From NCBI GenBank assembly GCA_938021675.1, contig CALIFY010000017.1, positions 36,947 through 100,946 of the forward strand: 64,000 bases of DNA, written 5' to 3'. The position numbers were made by a program, and so were the translations under genes. The stretch is from an uncultured Acidimicrobiales bacterium. GTDB taxonomy: Bacteria > Actinomycetota > Acidimicrobiia > Acidimicrobiales > SZUA-35. The notes below the pieces were generated by a model. That model was given only the letters and a program-made list of their open reading frames with translations. It was not told the DNA's origin and searched no databases. Shown piece by piece: positions 33,380 to 42,350 of this stretch (position 1 is the first letter of the stretch; every line of letters begins with the position of its first letter).

Positions 33380-34228
33380 GTGAACGTGAGCGCCATCGAC
33401 GAGCAACCGTTGGAGGCCATTGGCGAGCGCCTCGACGCCGCAATCGCCGATGTCGGACCTTTGATCGTGGCGTACTCCGGAGGGGTTGATTCCTCGCTGC
33501 TCGCCCTGGCCGCCCACCGTGTACTGGGGGCCGACATGCTGGCGGTCACCGCCGACTCAGCCTCGCTAGCCACCGGCGAACTCGACCATTGTCGACGCCT
33601 CGCCGCTCAATGGTCGATCCCGTGGCGGTCGATCTCAACCAACGAACTGTCGGACGCTCAGTATGTGGCGAACGACACCGACCGCTGCTACTGGTGCAAG
33701 AGCGCCCTGATGGACCAACTCGACATCGTGGCCGCCGAGCACTCGATGGTGGTGACCTTGGGCGTCAACATCGATGATCTCGGCGACCACAGACCGGGCC
33801 AAGCCGCGGCGGCCGAACGCGGCGCCCGCTTTCCGCTCGTGGAAGCCGGACTCGCCAAGGCCGATATCCGCCGGCTGGCACGATCTTGGGGATTGTCGGT
33901 CTGGGACCGCCCCGCCATGCCCTGTCTCTCAAGTCGACTGCCGTACGGCACGCCGGTGACCGTCCCGCTTCTATCTCGGATCGATCGAGCGGAAACTGCG
34001 GTCCGCCACCTGGGCTTCGAGGACGTTCGCGTTCGACACTACGGAGAGACGGCCCGCATCGAACTCCCCGCCGAGCGTCTCGTCGAGGCGGCAACGAACG
34101 CCGCGACCATCGTGACGGCGGTGACCGAGGTCGGCTACCGCTATGCAACCCTCGACCTCGCCGGCTTGCGCAGCGGCAACCTAAACACCGAGGCTGGGGT
34201 TACTGCCGACCCGATCGGCGGGCCGTAA
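33380..34228 (+). CDS. larE: ATP-dependent sacrificial sulfur transferase LarE (PP-loop ATPase)
   Basis: It has the PP-loop motif AYSGGVDSS. A conserved Cys context (DRCYWCK) is present. The size is typical of LarE, and the gene is followed by larB and larC. Confidence 0.85.
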   Translation: MNVSAIDEQPLEAIGERLDAAIADVGPLIVAYSGGVDSSLLALAAHRVLGADMLAVTADSASLATGELDHCRRLAAQWSIPWRSISTNELSDAQYVANDTDRCYWCKSALMDQLDIVAAEHSMVVTLGVNIDDLGDHRPGQAAAAERGARFPLVEAGLAKADIRRLARSWGLSVWDRPAMPCLSSRLPYGTPVTVPLLSRIDRAETAVRHLGFEDVRVRHYGETARIELPAERLVEAATNAATIVTAVTEVGYRYATLDLAGLRSGNLNTEAGVTADPIGGP

Positions 34229-34232
34229 CGTC

Positions 34233-34877
34233 GTGGACGCAGAGGCCAGGCTCGACTTTGAACGGACGGCTCGAATCGACCTTCCCGAAGCCGTGTATTG
34301 CCAATCGAAAACTGTCGATCAATGCGTCGAGATCGTGTCGACGATGCTGGCCGAAGGCACCGATGCTGTCATCGCCACTCGGGCCACCGATGACCAGTTC
34401 GTTGCGCTGTCCACCCTTCATCCCGACGCTGCCACCGGTACCACGGCGACCTGGCGGGCTCGCCCCTCCTCTGGCCGTTCCGTCGCCGTCGTCGCCGCCG
34501 GAACCTCCGACCTGCCGGTAGCCGATGAGTGCCGGCTCACCCTAACAGCCCTAGGACACGAGGTCGTAGCCAGGACCGACGTCGGTGTGGCCGGGCTCCA
34601 TCGGCTGCTCGACGTCCTCCCCGAGCTGGCCGATGTCGACGTCATCGTCACCATCGCCGGCATGGAAGGGGCACTGCCCACCGTGCTCGGTGGATTGGTC
34701 GCCCAACCCGTTATCGCGGTGCCGACCTCGGTCGGCTACGGCACTGCCTTCGAGGGCATGACGGCACTTGCCTCGATGATGACAAGCTGCGCTCCCGGCA
34801 TCTCGGTCGTCGGAATCGACAACGGGTACGGGGCCGCCTGTGCCGCCCACCGAATCCTCAGCCGGTTCGGCCGGTGA
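34233..34877 (+). CDS. larB: Nickel-pincer cofactor biosynthesis protein LarB (PurE-like NaAD carboxylase/hydrolase)
   Basis: The core is PurE/AIR-carboxylase-like (VAVVAAGTSDLPVADEC, IAGMEGALPTVLGGL, VIAVPTSVGYG). Confidence 0.85.
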   Translation: MDAEARLDFERTARIDLPEAVYCQSKTVDQCVEIVSTMLAEGTDAVIATRATDDQFVALSTLHPDAATGTTATWRARPSSGRSVAVVAAGTSDLPVADECRLTLTALGHEVVARTDVGVAGLHRLLDVLPELADVDVIVTIAGMEGALPTVLGGLVAQPVIAVPTSVGYGTAFEGMTALASMMTSCAPGISVVGIDNGYGAACAAHRILSRFGR

Positions 34878-36100
34878 CCGAACCTCACACGCTGTGGTTG
34901 GACCCGAGTTTTGGCGCCTCGGGAGATATGGTGCTGGCGACGTTCCTCGGACTCGGGGTACCGGTCGCCACGGTGGTCGACGGCCTAGAGACGCTCGATC
35001 TCACCGGCTGGTCACTCGATCTCGAGCCAACGACTCGGGGAACGTTGTCGGCCTGGCGGGCCAACGTGTCGACCGCCGAACAGCACCATCACCGATCGTG
35101 GTCATCGATAGACCGTCTGTTGGCCGACGCTGGACTACCGCAACCGGTGGCCGCAGGAGCGAGAGCTACCTTCGCTCGCCTGGGCGAAGTTGAAGCAGCG
35201 ATTCATCGAATTCCGCTCGATGAGGTGCAATTTCATGAGGTTGGCGCTCTCGATGCCATCGTCGACATCGTCGGGGCCTGGCTTGCCTTGGACGCCTTAG
35301 ACGTAGCCGAGGTGGTGGTCGGCCCGGTAGGGATAGGGCACGGAACCGTCGAAGCGGCTCATGGCACACTGCCGATTCCCGCCCCGGCTACCGCCGAGCT
35401 TCTCACCGGCGCCACCGTCCACCCACTCGACGTCGCAGCCGAGACGGTCACGCCCACCGGTGCCGCGCTGTTGGCGACGATGGCTACCCGCCATGGACCG
35501 ATGCCGGCCGGTCAGCTCTCGGTGGTGGCCCGCGGCGCCGGCGGTCGCGACCCAAATCATTACCCGAACGTTCTTTCCGGTTTCCTGTTGGCCACCACAG
35601 CTCACGGTGCGACCGATGCCATCCAACCCCCGGGATTGACCAGCCCCGTTCCCGTCGGCGACTCCACCGCCAGCCGAACCACCGCTTTTGAACTCACAAC
35701 CAACCTCGATGACGTCACCGGCGAGTTCATTGGTCATCTCATCGGCCAGTGCATGGACGCTGGTGCCGACGATGCGTGGGCCGTCCCCATTCACATGAAG
35801 AAGGGGCGACCGGCGACCGCCTTCCACGTCCTGTGTCAAGGCGAACTCTTCGCAACTATCGAACGGCTGTTGTTCACCCAGTCCGGGACCCTCGGCATCC
35901 GGGCCCGTCCGGTGGTCAAAGACGTTCTCCCCCGCCAGATCCGCTCGGTGTCGGTCCGTGGATGCTCGATCCGGGTCAAGATCGGTCCCAACGGAGCAAA
36001 ACCTGAATACGACGACCTGATCGTCGCCGCCGCCAAGTTGAGAACGACTCTCCGCGAACTTTCTTATGAAACGCTCCGCGTGCTGGAAAAGACCAAGTAG
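34874..36100 (+). CDS. larC: Nickel insertion protein LarC (DUF111)
   Basis: I moved the start to the GTG at 34874 (VTEPHTLWLDPSFGASGDM), which forms a GTGA overlap with the larB stop. DUF111 motifs present are FHEVGALDAIVDIVG and GTLPIPAPAT. The first 115 codons of the track ORF are antisense or shadow sequence over larB. Confidence 0.85.
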   Translation: MTEPHTLWLDPSFGASGDMVLATFLGLGVPVATVVDGLETLDLTGWSLDLEPTTRGTLSAWRANVSTAEQHHHRSWSSIDRLLADAGLPQPVAAGARATFARLGEVEAAIHRIPLDEVQFHEVGALDAIVDIVGAWLALDALDVAEVVVGPVGIGHGTVEAAHGTLPIPAPATAELLTGATVHPLDVAAETVTPTGAALLATMATRHGPMPAGQLSVVARGAGGRDPNHYPNVLSGFLLATTAHGATDAIQPPGLTSPVPVGDSTASRTTAFELTTNLDDVTGEFIGHLIGQCMDAGADDAWAVPIHMKKGRPATAFHVLCQGELFATIERLLFTQSGTLGIRARPVVKDVLPRQIRSVSVRGCSIRVKIGPNGAKPEYDDLIVAAAKLRTTLRELSYETLRVLEKTK

Positions 36101-36126
36101 CGATACCTGATCCTGCGGGCCAAACT

Positions 36127-36615
36127 TTGAGCATGGTTTCTTCAACAGCCGTCAACGTCGATATTCGAAGACGGGTTGGGGGTGCGTGGCGAGAAATTCG
36201 CCGCGGCGCCTCGACCGTCAAGATTAAAGACATGTTCTACGGCAGCGGCGGCGTTCAACTCGATATTGCTCTCGCCGATGCCCTTAGCCTGATCTGCCAA
36301 CGCGGCCCGATGCGAATGGGTGAACTGGCCGAGGCCATGCATATCACTCCAGCGTCGACGACCCGCGCCGTCGGGTGCCTCGTCGACCGGGGTCTTGTCG
36401 AACGGGTCCGAGCCGAAGATGATCAACGATCGATTGTTGTCGCTCCTTCGATGGAGGGGCGGGAGCGTTACGGCGAGATCAGCGCTCGCATCCAACACGG
36501 GTTAATCGAAATCCTCTCTGAGTTCTCTCCCGAAGAACAAGTCCAACTAGCCGAATACCTTGAGCGTTTTGTCGGTGCCCTCGACAAACTCGCGCAGAAC
36601 AAAACCGAACTGTAA
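36127..36615 (+). CDS. MarR-family transcriptional regulator
   Basis: The winged HTH reads MRMGELAEAMHITPASTTRAVGCLVDRGLVERVRAEDDQRSIVV. The gene starts 26 nt after larC. Confidence 0.85.
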   Translation: MSMVSSTAVNVDIRRRVGGAWREIRRGASTVKIKDMFYGSGGVQLDIALADALSLICQRGPMRMGELAEAMHITPASTTRAVGCLVDRGLVERVRAEDDQRSIVVAPSMEGRERYGEISARIQHGLIEILSEFSPEEQVQLAEYLERFVGALDKLAQNKTEL

Positions 36616-36817
36616 ACCGTACATAAGAAGTATTCGGCAGGCAGGAATCCGCGCTCCTGCACTTGCCGCCTCGCTCAACCGCCGATCCGCCCATTTCGGT
36701 TGATACCGGCAACCTCCGGGCCATTGACCCGAATCGCTCTTGCCGAAAGACGCGAGTTCATCACGACGAAACAATCGGGAAACACGAGATTTGCCGCACC
36801 TTCCTACTGTTGAGCAC

Positions 36818-37339
36818 ATGGTTGAACTGATCCACTGGCCCGAAGGTGCGATGCGTCGATCGGAGTTGCGCTCATCGGATCGCCCGTGCCTGCTGTTGGT
36901 CGCCGAGTCTGCGCCTCCACCATCAAATCTCGGTACTTCCGAAGACTGGATCCGCCTTCCGACGTCGAGTGAAGACATCGACGCCAGGGTCGAGACCTTG
37001 GTAAGTCGTCTTTCCGGGCGCCCGGCGATCGACGAGAACGGAATTATCCGCACGGCCGAAGGATGGGTGGTACTCCCCAGTGTCGAGGCCCGTCTCGCCA
37101 CGGCGATGCTGGAACGCTTCGGCCGAGTAACCGACCACGCCGCCTTGTTCGCGGCCGGATGGCCGGACCAGCGGCCGCGTAGAAACCTTCTCGATGTCCA
37201 CCTCCACCGGTTGCGGCGCCGCCTCTCCCCTATCGGGCTACAGATCCGCACCGTCCGCAAACGCGGGTACATCCTGCAGCGTGGTGAGACCGATTCCACC
37301 GCCACACACCCCGCCATCGAGAACCTCGTGTCAGATTGA
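36818..37339 (+). CDS. OmpR/PhoB-type winged-helix regulator with a short, atypical N-terminal (receiver-remnant) region; GlnR-like candidate
   Basis: I moved the start to the ATG at 36818 (MVELIHWPEG). The C-terminus carries trans_reg_C-type motifs (LPSVEARLATAMLERFGRV and LLDVHLHRLRRRLSPIGLQIRTVRKRGYIL). I see no obvious DD...D...K phospho-acceptor set in the ~70-aa N-terminus. The gene is directly upstream of amt-glnK. Confidence 0.6.
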   Translation: MVELIHWPEGAMRRSELRSSDRPCLLLVAESAPPPSNLGTSEDWIRLPTSSEDIDARVETLVSRLSGRPAIDENGIIRTAEGWVVLPSVEARLATAMLERFGRVTDHAALFAAGWPDQRPRRNLLDVHLHRLRRRLSPIGLQIRTVRKRGYILQRGETDSTATHPAIENLVSD

Positions 37340-37340
37340 T

Positions 37341-37389
37341 GTAAGAAACGCGTTATCGAGGCGTAACCAACAGCGAACAATTACGAAAA
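37341..37389 (+). promoter_or_regulatory. Five pentamers phased at 11 bp (GTAAG-n6-GTTAT-n6-GTAAC-n6-CGAAC-n6-GAAAA), GlnR-box-like
   Basis: Read directly from the sequence. It resembles the gTnAc-n6-GaAAc arrangement reported for actinobacterial GlnR sites. It lies 47-95 nt upstream of the amt start codon. Confidence 0.4.
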
Positions 37390-37435
37390 GGACGGTTCAT
37401 ATGTTGTCGTTAACTTAATTGAGGGGAAGGAAAAA

Positions 37436-38881
37436 ATGAAACGAAAGCTTCTGTTCGGCGCCTTTGGTGCGTCGACCGCTATCGCTGTGTTATCGAGTCC
37501 GGCATTGGCCCAGGATGACCCAACAGCGGCCGATGTACAGGCCGTCCTCGATAACATCTGGTTGTTCATCGCCGGAATCCTGGTCTTCCTCATGCAGGCT
37601 GGATTCGGTCTTGTCGAGGCCGGCCTAACCAGGGCAAAGAACATCGGCAACATCATGACCAAGAACATGGCCGACATGTGCGTCGGGGCCATCGCGTTTT
37701 GGGCGGTTGGCTACGGCATTGCATACGGAGGCGGTGGAACGCTCTTCTTCGGAGGCGACAGCTTCTTCCTTCGAGGCTTTGAAGACGGGGCGTTCGACGG
37801 CGGAAACTCGGGCTACACGCCGTTTTTCTTCCAGGTCGTCTTCGCCGCGGCGGCAGTCACCATCGCCTCTGGAGCGATGGCGGAACGAACCAAGATTTCC
37901 GGCTACCTCATATTTAGTGTCGTCATGACCGCCGTCATCTACCCGGTCGTCGTGTACTCGTTCTGGAGTGGCAACGGGCTGCTCAACAACATCTCGATCG
38001 GCGACGCGGTATTCAGCGACTTTGCCGGCTCCACCATCGTGCACTCGACCGGCGGGTGGGCTGCTCTGATGGGCGCATACTTCCTCGGCCCACGCCTCGG
38101 TCGGTACGACATGAATGGGAAGGCCCGGGCCATGCCCGGCCACAACATCGGATACGCCGTCATCGGTGTGTTCATCCTGTGGTTCGGGTGGTTCGGATTC
38201 AACGCCGGCTCAGAGCTGGCCGCCGACAGCGTGGTCATCCGCGCCGGCGTAACCACGCTGCTCTCGGCAGCGGCCGGAGGCATCACCGCCGGTGCCGTCA
38301 TCTGGGCGAAGACCAAAAAACTCGATGTGGCGATGACCGGCAACGGCATCCTGGCCGGCCTGGTGTCCATCACGGCCGGAACCGGCGCCCTGACACCGTT
38401 CGGTTCGGTCATCACCGGCATGATCGGCGGCGTCATCGTCGTGTTCAGCGTTCTATTCTTCGATCGGATACGCATCGATGACCCTGTCGGGGCCGTCTCG
38501 GTGCACGGAGTTGTCGGCGTCTGGGGCACGCTAGCCATCGGCTTGTTTGCCCGTTGGGATGACGCATTCCTCGGCCGGGAGAACGCCGGCCTGTTCTACG
38601 GTGGCGACGCTTCGCAGCTATTGGTCCAAGCCATCGGTGTCGTCATCGTGGCCGCCTGGGTGCTCAGCACCACCGGAGCGCTCTTCTTCCTCCTGCGGAC
38701 CCTCGGTCTACTCCGGGTACCTGAGCAAATCGAGATCGAAGGACTCGACGTTCACGAGCACGGCGCACCGGGGTATGGCCCGACAACCTTGTATGGCACG
38801 GGCACGCCAACCGCCCCTACCGTTGCCCCAGAAGCTGCCTCGCAGCCAATCGTTGAGACGACCCCGGCACCCGCCGGCTGA
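37436..38881 (+). CDS. amt: Ammonium transporter Amt
   Basis: A signal peptide is present. Amt signatures include FMQAGFGLVEAG, DFAGSTIVHSTGGW and VHGVVGVWGTLAIG. A GGGGAAGGA Shine-Dalgarno lies upstream. Confidence 0.95.
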   Translation: MKRKLLFGAFGASTAIAVLSSPALAQDDPTAADVQAVLDNIWLFIAGILVFLMQAGFGLVEAGLTRAKNIGNIMTKNMADMCVGAIAFWAVGYGIAYGGGGTLFFGGDSFFLRGFEDGAFDGGNSGYTPFFFQVVFAAAAVTIASGAMAERTKISGYLIFSVVMTAVIYPVVVYSFWSGNGLLNNISIGDAVFSDFAGSTIVHSTGGWAALMGAYFLGPRLGRYDMNGKARAMPGHNIGYAVIGVFILWFGWFGFNAGSELAADSVVIRAGVTTLLSAAAGGITAGAVIWAKTKKLDVAMTGNGILAGLVSITAGTGALTPFGSVITGMIGGVIVVFSVLFFDRIRIDDPVGAVSVHGVVGVWGTLAIGLFARWDDAFLGRENAGLFYGGDASQLLVQAIGVVIVAAWVLSTTGALFFLLRTLGLLRVPEQIEIEGLDVHEHGAPGYGPTTLYGTGTPTAPTVAPEAASQPIVETTPAPAG

Positions 38882-38892
38882 GCAGGAGGTAG

Positions 38893-39237
<345 letters not shown>

Positions 39238-39314
39238 TACACGTAATCTCCGGCCTTCGGGCCCGAGAAGACGGGATTCCGCCATCCCCCAATGGGCCGA
39301 ATCCGTCTCGTAAC

Positions 39315-39352
39315 GCTCCGGGGTTAGTCCATAGCTGTGCTAACCCCGGAGC
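39315..39352. terminator. Perfect 13-bp hairpin between convergent glnK and the sucrase-ferredoxin-like gene
   Basis: The arms are gctccggggttag (39315-39327) and ctaaccccggagc (39340-39352), with a 12-nt loop. There is no U-tract. Confidence 0.45.
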
Positions 39353-39439
39353 GCCCCCTTCACTCATCACTCACCGGAACGTGCAGACACTTGGGTGGCG
39401 AGTTCATGCCTGGCGAATCCAACGCCCCAGATGGGCACA

Positions 39440-40423
39440 TCATGGCGCCGCTGATTTGAGGTCCGTCACTCGGTACTCCCATCCTGGTTTGGCCGGCTGC
39501 CCGCCAGGTTGCCGACACGAAATCGTCGGCACTTCCCGACCAACCTCGACCACAACCTCCCATCGTTCCCCGGCGACGGTCACCGCGAACCGGGAGGCGG
39601 TCGGTGGATCGCCGTCGCCAGGCCCGACATCGTCGATAACCCGATCAGCGGCTTCCGTCGCCCACCCCGCCGCCTCGAAAACGGCACGCTCGGCCACCTG
39701 AGCGGGACCAACGTCGGCTCCCCACCAGCCGCGGCAACGGTCGGCTATCTGCGAAGGGTCACCGGTCTTGGACATGATCTGGCGAAGGGCAGCGAGATCC
39801 AGGTCGGCCCACATCCGTCCGTCGGGCAACGTCAGCGCGGTCGGAGCAAACCGGTGACCGCCGGTATGGCTGACTCGGTACACGGTACAGCCCGGTAGGC
39901 CATCGACTTCGGCCGCGAAACGGGCACCGTCGGAACCGCAACAGACGTCGTGGCTGCCCTGGGTGCAAACCAACACAACCAAAGACGTCACCGGCCCAAC
40001 GGTTGCTGCCTGGGAATCAAGGCTGACCACATCGTTTCGGCTCACTGCCGCCAACAGGGCGGTCATCGCCTCGGCGTCTTCGATAACAAAGCGCCGCTCG
40101 ATCGCCGAGCCGGCCCGACCACGATCGAACAGAACCACTTCCGTCGAACCGCCATCGAGGTATGTCCGCTCGTTTCCGGTCGACCCATCAGGTACGAATC
40201 CGAGGGGACGAGTCGGTAAAGCCGATGCTGTGGCTGCGTCGCGAACACCGAGCAACGTCGGGTGGTCGAACACCGGCTTTGGCCACGGCAGCGGCGTGGC
40301 GACAAGTAGCAGTCGGTCGGCGCGGATGGCAGTCCCGCCGGGGTCGAGCCCGATGCTGCGCCCGTGGTCGGCACAGCGTGGTGCCTCTTCGGTCGAGGGA
40401 AGCAGCTGGTCGAGAGAGGTCAC
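39440..40423 (-). CDS. Sucrase/ferredoxin-like (thioredoxin-like [2Fe-2S]) family protein
   Basis: The motif VLVCTQGSHDVCCGSDGARF plus HTGGHRFAP is typical of the Suc_Fer-like family. Confidence 0.7.
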   Translation of the reverse strand: MTSLDQLLPSTEEAPRCADHGRSIGLDPGGTAIRADRLLLVATPLPWPKPVFDHPTLLGVRDAATASALPTRPLGFVPDGSTGNERTYLDGGSTEVVLFDRGRAGSAIERRFVIEDAEAMTALLAAVSRNDVVSLDSQAATVGPVTSLVVLVCTQGSHDVCCGSDGARFAAEVDGLPGCTVYRVSHTGGHRFAPTALTLPDGRMWADLDLAALRQIMSKTGDPSQIADRCRGWWGADVGPAQVAERAVFEAAGWATEAADRVIDDVGPGDGDPPTASRFAVTVAGERWEVVVEVGREVPTISCRQPGGQPAKPGWEYRVTDLKSAAP

Positions 40424-40525
40424 GGCCTCAAGGTAGCGCGGGCGGTCGGTCAGATCCGAGCCCCGGCCACCACGGTGGTAGGCAGCCGGCCATTCGGGGC
40501 GCTGCGGGTTCAGAAACCAGGTCGA

Positions 40526-41806
40526 TCAACGACTGAACGATGGCGAGACCCCCGGCCCGGCGTTGGTCGGTGCCGGGCGGGCGGTATCGCCTCCACCGCC
40601 ATCTTGAGGCTCTGTGTCCGGCGACGAATCGATGACGGCGGCGTTGCGGTCAAACATGGCGTAGGCCGCGACCGCTACGGTCGCCACGCTCCCCATGATC
40701 ACGATGGCTGATCGCAGCCCAATCCACTCGGCAAGTAGTCCAAGTGGCGCGGCGGCAATCCCGAACCCGGCGAATGACAACATCATCAGCGATTGGACTC
40801 GCCCCTGATGCGAATCGTCGGTCAACGCCAAGGCCAACGTGTTGGACAGTGACTGAAACACGGTTGTGGCGGCGCCCACGATAACGATCACCCCGGCCGC
40901 GACCCAAAACGATGGTGACAAGCCGAATCCGATGACTCCGAGCCCGAACAGTAACCCGCCGATCACCATGGCGCTCTTGGCTCGCGGCGAATCTGCATGT
41001 CCAGCTAGTGGAATCGAAACGACGACCGCACCGATGGCACTGGCCGAACTGATGTAGCCAACCCAGGCTTCGTCCAAACCGAAGACCCCTTCGACCATGG
41101 CCGGATAGAACGCGATGTAGTTGAAGCCGAACATGATGACAAAGAACGAACTGATGATGAGCCGGCGGAGCGGTGGGCGACGGAAGACGTAGGTGACGCC
41201 GTCGGCGATTTCTCGGAATGGGTTTCGACCGGTCGACGGCGCTGATTCACTCGGCGGAAGACGGAGCAGCAACACGAAGCTAACGGATGAGATGAACCCG
41301 GAGATGAGATAGACCCCGCCGAGGCCAAACAACGCCACCCCGGCCAGGATTCCCGCAAGCGACGGAGCAAAGATGCGGGTGCCGTTCATCGACAGCATGG
41401 TCAACGCGATGGCGTTTCCAAGCTGATCACGCCCGACGTACTCCGAGGCCAACGCGACTCGCGCCGGGCCGAAGAAGGCGAACGCCAGCCCCTGCAAGAC
41501 CGCGGCAACCAGCAGCATCCAGAACTGGACAAGACCGGCCATGATCAAAACACCCATCACGACCGCAGCGGTCATGAGGACCGCCTGGCTGACGAGAATT
41601 ATGGTTCGCTTCGACAACCGGTCGGTGGCTACCCCACCGATCGGGGTGGCGATAAGCAAGGCCACACCAAAACATAGGTAGGTAAGGCCAAGAGCTCCTT
41701 CCCGTTCGGTCAGGTCCCAAGCCAACAGACCACGCAAGAGGAATTGCATCTGGACCGACATGAGGGAGAACAATCCGCCCCACCACAAGGTGCGGTAGCT
41801 GGGCAC
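40526..41806 (-). CDS. MFS transporter
   Basis: There are about 12 hydrophobic helices. An MFS loop motif (GGVATDRLSKRTII) is present. Confidence 0.85.
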   Translation of the reverse strand: MPSYRTLWWGGLFSLMSVQMQFLLRGLLAWDLTEREGALGLTYLCFGVALLIATPIGGVATDRLSKRTIILVSQAVLMTAAVVMGVLIMAGLVQFWMLLVAAVLQGLAFAFFGPARVALASEYVGRDQLGNAIALTMLSMNGTRIFAPSLAGILAGVALFGLGGVYLISGFISSVSFVLLLRLPPSESAPSTGRNPFREIADGVTYVFRRPPLRRLIISSFFVIMFGFNYIAFYPAMVEGVFGLDEAWVGYISSASAIGAVVVSIPLAGHADSPRAKSAMVIGGLLFGLGVIGFGLSPSFWVAAGVIVIVGAATTVFQSLSNTLALALTDDSHQGRVQSLMMLSFAGFGIAAAPLGLLAEWIGLRSAIVIMGSVATVAVAAYAMFDRNAAVIDSSPDTEPQDGGGGDTARPAPTNAGPGVSPSFSR

Positions 41807-41890
41807 CCGAAGTGAGGAGAACGCTGCGGAGAGGCCAAGACGGCCGGGGCCCGGCGCGGCGGTGTGATCGTCAGAAGTTATTTAGACATC

Positions 41891-42265
41891 CTAACAACCG
41901 CCTTCTCGGGGCGACGAGTCATCGGTCATAGTGGGCACCGGGTCGCCGGACAAGAGAGCTATGACCGGCGCCGCCTCGGGAGCGTTCGATGTGATGGTCA
42001 AGGTGATGGCCTCAGATTCGGCCAGAACCGAGAATTCAAGAAAGTCACAGCACCGCTTCTCCTGCTGCACGATGTCGACGATGTCGCTCTCGGCGGCACC
42101 GACCAACGTCAGCTCGACTCCGCCGGGAATCGGTCGACTGGCTGCCCGATATCGGCGAATGTCGGCCCACTCCTGGAGCCGCTCGATCGCTGCGGTACGG
42201 CCAAGGGTGCAACCGACCGGCGTCGGCCCATCGGTTGCCTGCGTATTCCGAGGTGCCTGGGTCAT
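41891..42265 (-). CDS. Hypothetical protein with an EKRCCDFLEF motif (124 aa from Met14 of the track ORF)
   Basis: Track ORF 41891..42304. GC3 is good and the gene is on the same strand as imuB, downstream of it. I cannot name the family with confidence. Confidence 0.5.
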   Translation of the reverse strand: MTQAPRNTQATDGPTPVGCTLGRTAAIERLQEWADIRRYRAASRPIPGGVELTLVGAAESDIVDIVQQEKRCCDFLEFSVLAESEAITLTITSNAPEAAPVIALLSGDPVPTMTDDSSPREGGC

Positions 42266-42350
42266 ACCGACGGAGGGTACGACTTCAAGTCGGCTAGAAG
42301 TCAAGTCGTATTGTGGTCGTTATTTTGTGGCAGCGCTGCCAACTGGCGCG

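Noticed and set aside
36547-37380. A 277-aa minus-strand ORF.
   Set aside because: It is antisense to the winged-helix regulator gene, which has clear trans_reg_C motifs. This ORF has no motifs.
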